Assembly (NCBI GenBank): GCA_047967505.1
Contig: CM106538.1
Length of the DNA stretch: 64,000 nucleotides
Reading direction: 5' to 3' (one strand)
From: Dipteris shenzhenensis
Taxonomy: Eukaryota
Program-made: the position numbers and the translations under genes
In this document: piece by piece, positions 1 through 10,897 of the stretch
How the letters are laid out: every line of letters begins with the position of its first letter
Numbering within the stretch: the stretch's first letter is position 1
Notes under the pieces: model-generated
What the model saw: only the letters and a program-made list of their open reading frames with translations
The model's database searches: none
What the model was told of the DNA's origin: nothing

Positions 1-1900
1 CCATCCACTCTTCCATCACGTATCACTTTTGTGGATAATGGGCCTTTATGTCCACATGCAAGGCAGTTTTGATGTGGACAATGCATGACTTCCCAAGCTA
101 TGGAGAGTGTTCAGGTAAGCATTGAACTTTTAATTATGACTAGGGAATTGATGTGGCACCCTAAACCCACCTTGCTTATGAAATTGTGTCTATTGTTTAG
201 GTCTCACTACATCGGGTTACCATGCATGTCTTGTTTGTGGTCCTTCGCTAGTTGCTTCACGGCTAGAGGACTTGAATGAGGTCATCTATGAGAATCACCA
301 TCGATTTCTCCCACCTGATCATCCTAGATATGTCAACCCTTGGGATGAAGTCCCCCCATAGTCACTCACTGCAGGAGATTGGAAGACAATTTGGGACCTT
401 CCCACAATGACTCCTCCACTTGGCATGAGCTGGTAAGGGCTTGTAACTATTGTGTGCTATTATGAATGGAAATAATTATTGGACGCTAACACCATCTTTT
501 GTTTAGGTACTCGATCTTTTATCGACAACCATATTGGTCCCACCTCAAGATCAATCACCTGCTTGATCCCATGCATATCTACAAGAATGTGGCATCTACC
601 ATTTGGGCACATTTAAATAGGACACGAGATTCCTTGAGCATAAGGGAGGATCTACACAACATAGGGACAATGCATGAAGCTTGGCCACAAGAGAGGCCAA
701 ATGGGCATGTCTTTTTACCCCGTGCACCATGGAAGTTATCAAAGCTAGAGATGGTGGTGTGAAGCATGCTATCACTACAATTCATACTCCCACTGTGGAT
801 GCATGAGGTGTTTGAAGGGGGCCTTCACAAAGATTAAGAAAAGAGGGGTAGAGCAATTATACGGCTTGAAATGTCATGATTGGCACAAGATGCTCCAAGT
901 AACTATGACTTGGCATAATCTCTTTTTCCTTCCAAATTTGTGAGTGTGGAAGCAACTAATCAACCATCGCTCATGTGTTCAATTCATACTACATACTAGC
1001 ATTTCTCATAGTGCATCGAAGGGCATGAAGGATTGTATTTACAAGATGGGCAAGCTTGTGAGGTGCTTCACACCATACAAAATGTGAAGCATATCAATGC
1101 GTGATGCAAGGTTTTCATATTGCTAATATGATTTTTTCTTTCTAGATATGTGAGCTCAAAGGAAATGGATCCCACCATGCTTGAGGATGCTCAAGTTATG
1201 TCACTAGAGGTGGTTTGTTTAGTGGAGGAGACCTTTCCATGTTCTATTCTCACAAGCCAACTACATCTTGTAGTGCATTTGGTTGATGAGATTGCTATAT
1301 GCGACATTGTACATGCATGTTGGTTGTTCTTCCTCGATCTCTTCATGAAGACCTTGAAGGATTTTGTGAGGCAAAATTCAAGGTCCGAAGGTACAATGGC
1401 CGAGGGTTGGTTGGTACAAGAGTAACTTGTATATATTTCTTAGTTTCTTATTGATGTGGATAGCTCTCTCCCACGACTATGGAGAGATGAAGAAGACCTG
1501 AGGATTACATGTATTGTGTCTCAAGGGAAAGGACGGAGCAAAGTAATGGATCAAGAGTTGTTTGATAATCTAAACCTCTAGTGCATGCTTAATAGAAGGC
1601 TTTAAAGAGGGAAGGGAAAAGGTTTAAGAATTTCAACAATGCATTGACCATGGACGTGATGATGATAGTGATACAAGAGAGGAGGATGATCATGAGATAG
1701 GAGATACAGATATTCAGGCCATTACCGATGAGGACGAGCCTGCCATTGGTGATGATGATTTTGATGAGCATAGTAGCACAATTAGTAGTGGGCTAAATGT
1801 ATTTGTACATCTCCACATTGGTTTGGATATTGAAGTAGATAGTTTGGCAAGGGTTGATCTCATTGAGGATGAGATCGACCATCATTCTCTCATCCAAATT
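1..1900 (+). pseudogene. CACTA/En-Spm transposase (TnpD/Tnp2-like), degenerate, multi-exon, 5'-truncated by the window edge
   Basis: Translated pieces INHLLDPMHIYKN, GLKCHDWHKMLQ and LHLVVHLVDEIAIC..FMKTLKDFVRQ..EGTMAEGWLVQE match En/Spm transposase motifs and are colinear with the CACTA at 30995-35120. GT-AG introns (e.g. 433-506), several stops, and an acidic tail at ~1640-1880. Confidence 0.85.
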
Positions 1901-2308
1901 TCTTACACATTGGCAAAACTATTTTATACATTGTCTCATTCTCCTCACCTCACTTAACTTTTGTATATGTGTGTTTGGTAAAAAGCATATTAAAGTGTGA
2001 CACATGCATAGCATTGATATTTTTTTAAAATTATGTGCTTTGGTAATCATGGGCAATGTTTGGAAAGCAGTGATACACATTTATCAGCCTGTAACAAAAT
2101 TTCAAACTCTGCTGCACGTTTATAAACGAATCTAGATATACAGTGTAGACGCGCTAGTAACCACGCTAATAGATGCGCCCGTATTTTCATTAATTCTATA
2201 TGCCCCTATAGATGCGCCTACTATTTTTCACGTCTATAGTTGTTTTGTCTTGTTGTGTGATAAAATATAAACTAAGAGCTTTTCATTTATCCATTTTGCA
2301 TCCTAGTG
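1..2308 (+). mobile_element. 3' part of a CACTA element; probable terminus TAGTG at 2304-2308
   Basis: Transposase relic is followed by short subterminal repeats (TAGAYGCGC x3, ~2146-2220) and TAGTG. The other end lies outside the window, so no TSD check is possible. Confidence 0.5.
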
Positions 2309-4378
2309 TGGGTAGATATCCGCTAGCCTAAGTAAGCCCACCACTGACATTGGACACTTTTTAAAAGGATACAAAAACTTACAAATTTGTTTGGAAGCTT
2401 TGTTTGTCCTTCTTTATTTTTTTTGTGATTCCAAGCAGAGGTGGATTCTTAGGAATGCAAATAGTACAAGGTGGAGGCATAGTATATATAAGAAACTGTA
2501 CCGCACAGTAGATTTAACCATACCAAGTGATAGTTAATGTAAACCCACGAGGTATCTAGACCCTATCATGCGGTAGATATTGTACCACACGGTATGAAGT
2601 AATACCATGTGGTATTGTCACTTACTTACTGCACCGTGTGCCGTTTCACCATGCGATAGCCTGCTACAGCAGGTGCCAATAAAAAATAATGACTAGACTA
2701 ATTTAAATCGCTCCAAGGAGCCCATAAGAATGTTTAAAATATTTTAGTTCGTCGATTTAAAATGCCCATTTTAAATCCCTCCCAAATCCCTATGGAGATC
2801 CCATAGATTGTCATGCCTTATTCCCTTTCTTGTTTGGACATCATTTAATTATGTGGCCTACAATCGAACACAAGACACAATAATGTGAGAAAATCTTATA
2901 AATAAGGGGTTGAACTCTTGGCTGAGAACTTGACTTGGTCAATATCAACACTTTATTCAAAAGGTCCTCGCTCAAATCCATGAGAACGCAAACTAACTTG
3001 TGGGTGTGTTCATGGATTGATGATTTTCTTTTGCTCCACGCCTATAACCTTGCTCCAAACTAGAGCAACATTCCTTCGCCTACCTGCAGAATACAAGGGG
3101 GAGATTTGGAAGCTCTACGCATCTCAAGGCTTTGGAAGCTTGGGGGAGCTTCAAGGTTGAGAGCAACGGACCATCTTTCTAAATATAACAAATGATTTCT
3201 AATGATGCATAATGTATGATTCTTAACTGCCAAAGCTCCATCTTTGTCTTCTCAAAAAGAAAGGCAAAGTATCCATTTTTGCTCAGGTATCAAATAGTTT
3301 TAACATTCGAACCCATTTTGAACAAGTGAATAGAGTGACATAGGATATGTTCATTGATCCCAATCACTTCCACCTTATCTTGATATACATCTCCTTTTGT
3401 TGAAAAGAAAGAATGCATAGAACCTTCGAGTCTAGTAGAAGTAGCACTTGATCAATCTGCTGTCTATTTTGCACTAGATTCTTTGGAACCTATGTATCAC
3501 CAATTGATTTTTTGCTAGCCCCAAGCATCCAATCTTGCCATGCAATGTGAGGGCTAACGAGATGGCGAGCTCTTGCAAAAAAGTTGGACTCACTAGCAAT
3601 ACCTATTGAATGAGAAGAAAAAACTTTTTGCATGACACTTGAATAGTGCCCATGTAGGAGGTTGGATGACGAGTGGTCTCTAGACCTAGTTGTAACATTG
3701 GAGTGATGAGGGAGCGAGGGCCTAGTTGCTCAAGGATAGAGTTTGAGCTACCCTTAATGAAGGAAAACTGGCACTAGAAGCGAGAAATCCATGCCAACAT
3801 GTCGTATATAAAGAACCGGAAGGACGAGCAATAAGGGAGAAGAAGAAAGGGATTAGAGAAAGTGCTATAGGGGAGAAGGGAGGTAGAGGGTAGAATTAAA
3901 TAGGAGAGGAGCAAGTAGAGAAAAGAGGGGGGAAGGGGGGGGTGGCTCGACTTTTATCGCTACCCCGCTCCACTTTTTTTCTATTTTCTATTTTTGTTGT
4001 TGCATATGCCATATTCAAGCATAATCTTGACTCACTTGGCTTTTGATTGATCCCTTTGTTTTTCTCTAGTGCATTCTCCATGAGGCTGCAATGGCCGTTG
4101 CTATTACTCACAATATAGCCTAACCTTCAAGGTGACGTCAAGCTCATGCACAATAGCCATGCCAAGAAATCAAATGGAGATTAAATGAGTAGAGCAAATA
4201 GGGAAGAGCGACTAAAACAATCTACTCATAGAAATAGATAGGCTAAGAATGAAACATTTCTTATTTATGACATTCCATTTGAGGTTTAACAATAAGGTAG
4301 GTCCTAAGGATAGCTCACTAGTGAGTAGCTAGCTCATACAGATTCAAGTTGAATTGATCTTGGAGGTTAATATGGGAT

Positions 4379-4473
4379 ATACTTCCCTTCTATTCATTTG
4401 ATTGTGCTACTAGCTCTAATAGTTTCTTATACTTCCCTTCTATTCATTTGATTGTGCTACTAGCTCTAATAGT
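4379..4473. repeat. ~45-bp direct tandem duplication
   Basis: ATACTTCCCTTCTATTCATTTGATTGTGCTACTAGCTCTAATAGT occurs at 4379-4423 and 4429-4473. Confidence 0.9.
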
Positions 4474-6099
4474 ATCTAAAGGTCAGCATTATTTTGTCAC
4501 TTGTATTGACATACTTGTATAAAAGCAAAGTGATTGGTTTTTTTATATTAGTTTGCATTATAATTTTGTGCGTGCTACATAAAGGGGATCTATCTCTAAC
4601 CTCGAAGGCCTCTATCTCCATACAAGTGGTATATTTGAGTGACGAGGAGCTTGGATGAGTATGTCCCCAAGCTCATAAAATAATATATAAATATGAAAGT
4701 TCCTAAGGATCTAGCCTGCCAATTCATCGTGAAAAAACAAGAAGAATTGTTTTGAATCTTCCGACAATCAACGTTGAAGAATTTGGAAAGCTCATTAGAT
4801 CGAGTTTTATCAAGAGATAGTGAAAGGTTAAAACTTGGAAAGGTAATTCCAATTCACTGGTCAACCATTAGACTCACGTCGTGGTGCGTTGATTGTTATT
4901 TGGCACTTGCTGCCCGAATGGCAGCGGCAATGATCGACATATTGAACTTGCGCTGGAGCCAGGAGGCAGGATTCCGCAGTCCTATGAGTCGGGCTGAAGG
5001 GCCGCTGGAACCCGACTCCTGAGAACTTGTGAGAAGTGGCAGTTCTCAGTTCTAACACGAGGGCTTCGATTCCCGAAGTTGAGATTTGGCCTGGTCAAGT
5101 TTCCAATGAACGAAATGTCTCCTGATCGACGTGAATGTGCTGAGAGAGGGAACAAAGGGGGTCTTTATGCCGAAACGACTAGTTTGAATGTTGGGATCGG
5201 ATCCGGGGAGGATTGAAGATGATTGGGAAGGAGTGGGTGGGTGGGGTACAAAACGTAAAAGAACAAGTATTGAGAATATTGGACTCTTGAGGGCCAGAGT
5301 CCAGACTCCAAAGTTCAAACATGAATTCTTCGGTTGCAGCGTCTAGCCAATATAGTAGATTATTGATCGAAGGTAGGCACTGGGCGGTGGGAGGTTGAAG
5401 GATGAAGCCTGCAGGCTGCAGCCTGCAATCTGCTATAGAGTCCAGACTCATCACCTATACTGATAAATGGGAAAGATACGGACTGGACTCTGGAGATTTC
5501 TGCAACCTCTTTTTGTGTTGTTTTGCGAGTGGAGAAGGATATAAAAATCAGGGGGTTATTTAGGGAGTCGGGTTCTGTCGGAGGGGACTCTTTCAGACAT
5601 CAACCGGCCTGCAACGGAGGATTTCTGCAACTTGCAAGTTACAAGATGAAAGACTAAAGGGGACGTGTGTAATGTGTAGTATAGACTTATAATTGCTAAA
5701 GTGACATGATACTAGTACGACTCATTCACACTCACTATAAGAGTTTGGAGTGCAGGATTAAGTGTAACAAAAAGGACGTGTAAAAAACGAGCTGAGAGAA
5801 ACAGCACTATACTATCATTTTATATTTTGTGAAAACACCTCCAAATTCATGGGGAAGAAACTCCAAGAAATGCGAACTCGAATTTCATTTTTAGGAAAGG
5901 TGGGAGAAACTGGCACCAAGAGGAGCTATTATTGCAAAATACCGGTTCAAATTGTGCCTTAAGAGATTAAATTTCAATAAGCATTATCGTCTACAAAGCG
6001 GGTTTTGAAACAACCAAAAGGAAACTCTAGAGTCTGTTCCACAAAGTCTATATAAAAATTTGAAACCCGTGATGTGGTGAGAAAAATGTTTTCTGTGGA

Positions 6100-6889
6100 G
6101 GTGGGCAATTGGGTCGTGGGTTAGGGGTACCTGAGGAGGAGCGGGGAGGCAGGGTTTAAAAGCGAGGGTGAGTTAGGGGACAGGGTCATAAATAACGCGG
6201 GCAGTTATAAGAAAGGGGTTTAAAAGGTGGGGTGCGCGAGGGCGCAGGTGAACGTAACGGCTGCCACCCTCGCGGCGACAGCGTCAGTATGCCGCCGAGT
6301 AGGAAACACAAGCCTATAACCAGTCGGGCGGGTAACGCACATGGCCACCCGGGCCCACTTTGCATTATTGCTCAGTAGTCGCGGGCCCGGCTCTCGTCAC
6401 CCCACCAACGTGGCGCTTAAAAGCGGATCGTACCGTATCCCTTCCCACTCCCGACTACGCGGATTAAAATACGGGAAAAAGATAAGCGGGGGAACATGTA
6501 TGCCGCGTATATACCTATCTTGTACGTGATGATGGGGCGGCGATGACTCATCAGTGATGCATGGGATGTACATTGTACAAGGGTGGTGCTCCACTGCTCC
6601 CTGCGGGGTGGCAAGGCGTTTGGGGGCGCCGTTAGCGTTGACGGCGGACGTTAGGCGAGTGCCTGGGGGCAGGGAACCGCCGCCACATACGTGAGAGCAG
6701 TGACGGCGCCATGCACAAAATTAGGGCTTTAATGCAAAATTAGGGTTTAGTAGTGTTACGTGTGTGTGTATATATACGCATGTAGTAGTCCTCGCCAGTT
6801 AACCACAGCTCGCTATTTGTTTTGCCATTTATCCCACATACACACGCTTTCGCTCGCTTTGCCTTCTTTCTTCCTTCCTTCCACCTCCC
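6100..6889 (+). promoter_or_regulatory. CpG-rich promoter/5' region of the VQ gene
   Basis: CpG-rich island in a CpG-poor background; TATA-like TATATATA 6769-6776; telo-box-like TTAGGGTTT 6740-6748; GGGCCCAC (TCP-like) 6351-6358; pyrimidine-rich leader before the ATG. Motif matches only. Confidence 0.5.
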
Positions 6890-7636
6890 ATGGCGCCTCC
6901 CCCTCCCCCTCCCCCTCCCCCCTTCCTTGGCCTCTCCCATTCCTCCCTCCCTGTCTCCAAGCCCCGCCCCTCTCCCTTCCACCACCCCCCTCCCTTTTCT
7001 CCTCCCGTCCGCCTCACTCCCATCATCCGTGTCGTCCACGTTCGCCCTCCCAAAGTGATTAAGACAGACGTCGCCAACTTCCGAGCTCTTGTGCAGAAGC
7101 TCACAGGGATGTCGTCCATCTCCGAGAGCGATGAGCCCACTTCCAAGAAGCTGCAGGGGAAGGCACCCAAGCGCAAACGCGAGGACGCGGTCCGAACTGT
7201 CGCTCAGGATGGCCCCGACGTGCAGTGTGCGATCGCAGACACTGAGAATCTTGTGCAGAAAGAACAGTTCCAACAGTGTAGGCTGCAGCGCCATATGGTG
7301 TGTGCGCAACTTGCAGCACCGCTTCCATACTTGCAACCGTTGTCGTGCTCGCAAGTGACTGAGAACAGACTCACTGACGGGAGATCGAGATTCCACAACG
7401 ATCGTTATGTGAGCGGCGGTCTGAGCTCCGGTGAGAGTTCTGGAAGTGTAAAACGTTCGAAATTCAGCGACTTCGATATAATTTGTGGCCTTATTGCGTC
7501 CGTCCCAGTGCTCGAACTTCCCCAACTTCCACCACTCACAATTCCTTGTCACGAGAACAATTCTTTCTTAGAGCAACATTCTTGCTGGAGATTTCCGTTT
7601 GTGTCTGTGTTTTCTGGTGGACATCAGGATTTCTAG
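6890..7636 (+). CDS. VQ motif-containing protein (plant WRKY cofactor family), intronless, 248 aa
   Basis: Canonical VQ motif FxxhVQxhTG (FRALVQKLTG) preceded by the typical PKVIKTDVAN segment; Pro-rich N-terminus; basic KRKR patch; intact ORF. Confidence 0.92.
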   Translation: MAPPPPPPPPPFLGLSHSSLPVSKPRPSPFHHPPPFSPPVRLTPIIRVVHVRPPKVIKTDVANFRALVQKLTGMSSISESDEPTSKKLQGKAPKRKREDAVRTVAQDGPDVQCAIADTENLVQKEQFQQCRLQRHMVCAQLAAPLPYLQPLSCSQVTENRLTDGRSRFHNDRYVSGGLSSGESSGSVKRSKFSDFDIICGLIASVPVLELPQLPPLTIPCHENNSFLEQHSCWRFPFVSVFSGGHQDF

Positions 7637-9249
7637 ACCCAGGGTCACCTTAGGCCAATCTCTGCCATCTTCACGTTGAGGTCGTTGTGACTGAATTCTG
7701 CGTGAGATTCATGGAGGACTGTTGCATTGAGGCTTTGATATGAAGTGTATATATTGGATTCCCCGCTATGACGTTTCCGGTACGAATGAATAGCGCAGGT
7801 GTCATTGCCACACCTTCAGAAGTCCAGTGCGCTTGGTGTAAGCTTAAGCGTTCAAGGTGAACGAACACGACAGAGAAAGCTTAAGCGTTCAAGAGAAAGC
7901 TGCACATCCGGCAAAACTCGCATTTCGAGACTACTTGATTTGGCATGAGTGAGCATGAACGAGATGCATGCAGAGCAGTAGAACATCTGAGGTTTTTTGG
8001 GTAAATCGGTATATAGCATGGATGCTAGTCTCTGATCAACATAGTGACTTCGTTATATAATATATAGTGCTATCGGTGCAGACGTGTACAAACATCTGGT
8101 ATATTATGCTTGTAATTGTTAACCCATAGCCTATTGTGTCCAAAATTTAATGGTCTACGCATTTTTGGGTACTTCATCTCGCACTCACCCATATGGTGTC
8201 TATAACAAAGTGTAAACTTTGCATCTCGTTCACCAAGTTTGATAACGAGGTATACAAAACTCTAAAATCAGCTGATAGGACTATCTCAAATTCTCAAGTA
8301 CCGTATGCCGAGGAATTTTTGTGCGACATCCGGACACGTAGGGAGGGATAGATAATTCCACGTTATAGATAATGGACTTTACAAGCTGTATGATATCTAA
8401 TCATAATCTTGTATAATGGTTGGGCACTTGAATACTTTCATTGCGCTTTCTTATTTTAGGGGTCCTCCATCGTCCTACGATGTACACAGTCAAGATGGTC
8501 TCCACGAGCTTTTTATTGATAATACTTTACTTTGAGCTCAAACATTGGAATGTTCTTAAAGGCTACACTCTAAGCTCGAACAACGGCACGATCTAGCTGG
8601 CTACATGGTTTTGACTGTGCCCAGTAGATCATGGAAAACGTTTTCTGACTTCTTTTATCCCCCGGGCCCCCATTCCCAAGGAAAGGGAGTCTACAATTGC
8701 ATGGCTTATTGATCAAGGCTTCATGAGTACCCGCTGGTGACAGGTTAATTTACATGTCTTCGTCTACCATGCGTCTAAGTTTAGACTCAGTTCAGACCAC
8801 GATCTTTATTCTATCGCAATGTTTATTGGTGGAGCCCGGCCTGATCAATGAACCTGTGCCCCATCTTCGATCTGAAAGACGTTGTTTCACGTAGCTTGCT
8901 TACGACTACATGCTTCTCCTCCATTGCGGCCATAATTTGATATTGGAGTGGCCGCAATCATCCATGTCTCGCAAGCCACTCGACATTGCAATTTCCAAGG
9001 ACAGCTGGTGAATGTCCCTTGCATATTCTACCTTGCTAGCGCCTAAGAGATAAGTGGCAATGTGAGGACATGTGGTGGTTGGCCATTGGCTTATTATTAT
9101 AGCAATTTCTTTTACCATAAGTTTCTCATCCACCAGCACGCACAAGCTAATAATATCTTCTTACCATGATCTCTCCCCTTCCTCTTATATTTGGGATGTA
9201 AGATCATTCTCTTGTACTTGCTATGCTCATTTCATTAGTCCTCCCTTTG

Positions 9250-9880
9250 TAGAGTAGCTCGTCATTGCTTAGACTGCACTTCTGGCCCTTATTGCCACAA
9301 GGTTAGCACTAACACAAAGACTTCAATCCCCTAACAACAATCATGGTGCAACAACCCTTTGAAAAATGAAAAATTTACTTTGTAGGACCATACATCCTAC
9401 TGCTAAAGAAACACAAGCCTGGTACATAATAGACATAACACATTATTTCACTAAATGCGGTGAGGCAAAAGCAACATGCGAAGGTGATGCCAGAAGTACT
9501 GCCAAGTTCCTTTATAAAAAAGTGATCACACGGTACAGTTGCCCCTTAGAAATAGTCTCTAACCACAGAACACACTTTTTCAATGAAGTGATTTGAAAAC
9601 TTTACTTAGGATTCACAATCGTACACTGGAATACCTATTCCTATTTTCCCTATGGAAACAAGCAAGTAGAATTTGCCAATAAAACCCTATGCATTATTCT
9701 CACAAAGGTAGTGAAACCCAAAATCTTTGACTAGAAAACAATCTCAACTCTATCTTATGGGCCTACAGAACCACTTTTAAGGTAAGCACAAGTTTTACAC
9801 CATTCCAACTAGTATATGGTTTGGAGGCGGTAGTCCCATTAGAATTCATTATGGTCAACGTTTGCTTGGGTATAGCCAAT
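9250..9880 (+). pseudogene. Ty3/Gypsy integrase core relic
   Basis: YIIDITHYFTKCGEAKA..ARSTAKFLYKKVITRYSCPLEIVSNHRTHFFNEVI, then [26 protein letters not shown]; frameshifts and stops. Confidence 0.8.
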
Positions 9881-10128
9881 TGTAGAACTATTTTCGGGGA
9901 CATTTTGGGGCCGCAATGTGATGAGCTTCTGGGTGAATATTTGAAATTTGTGCGGACTCGCGCTCTTGTCAAAAATTTTCTCAACGTCATGAACACGCAC
10001 TGGCATAATAATGAGACGCAATCTTATCATGGTCAATAGCATAGAGCTCGACACATGGAACTATATGCATTTACTCATGAGCACATAGATTGTTGCTCCG
10101 GCCTCTGGCCTGACTACATCACACAACC

Positions 10129-10184
10129 GAGGTAGTCAATAGAGCGAGCGAGAAAAAGCGAGCGGGCCCAATGAAGCGAGCGAG
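10129..10184 (+). repeat. Left imperfect TIR of the MULE
   Basis: GAGGTAGTCAATAGAGCGAGCGAGAAAAAGCGAGCGGGCCCAATGAAGCGAGCGAG; AGCGAGCG at 10143, 10157 and 10175. Confidence 0.85.
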
Positions 10185-10897
10185 TTTTTTTACAATTCCT
10201 CCGATGAGAACAAATTTGAAACCGAACTTACTATAGCAAGATGTTGTCATAATAAGTATACCAATAATCAGACTTACAATCCACCCTATCTTTCACTTGA
10301 AGAACATAAACTAATTACCAAACTCATAACATAGATGACTATTGAAATACCACTTCACCCGCAAAATGCACTAGACCAAACTTTCCAAATGTATCCATGG
10401 TTCACCACAACAATTATCAGTCTATGAACAAAATGGTGTTTTAAACCATGTTCTAATCCTCGTGACATTCATCATCAAGAAAGTAGTTGCCCGCATGTGG
10501 TTTATCTAATTGCCACTCATCATATCTCTTGTCGGCTGTCATGAATCTTGCCATTTTTTCTGCATAGCATGGCAACAAACTACAACAAAACATACATTTC
10601 AAAGGAAAGTAAGTCAAAGTGGAACAATGAAAATAATTTCCAACAAGAAGAAAGTCTTGCCATCCTTATGTGTTATACAAAAGACAATTCGCTACCAACA
10701 AAAAGCAAAAAAAATCAATTGCTAGATCAAGGCCTTACAAACACTATCCAAAGCATCAAAATTTGTACTTTCTTGATTCAAAGGCACCCGTAAATGTTCA
10801 CTATCTACCATATTATAAAGATGCTAAATAACACTTTCAAAGTCCTCAATTTTAGCATTCAAAATATATAACAAAAAAACTCAGGGCCAGTAGCATA

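Noticed and set aside
6721-6752. Interstitial telomere
   Set aside because: Only two TTAGGG units; better read as a promoter telo-box.
6740-7552. 270-aa ORF on the minus strand and other overlapping ORFs
   Set aside because: Antisense or alternative-frame shadows of the GC-rich VQ gene; no motifs.
8350-8900. Possible decayed coding/LINE fragment (also 9880-10119)
   Set aside because: No diagnostic motif or sustained frame that I could recognise.
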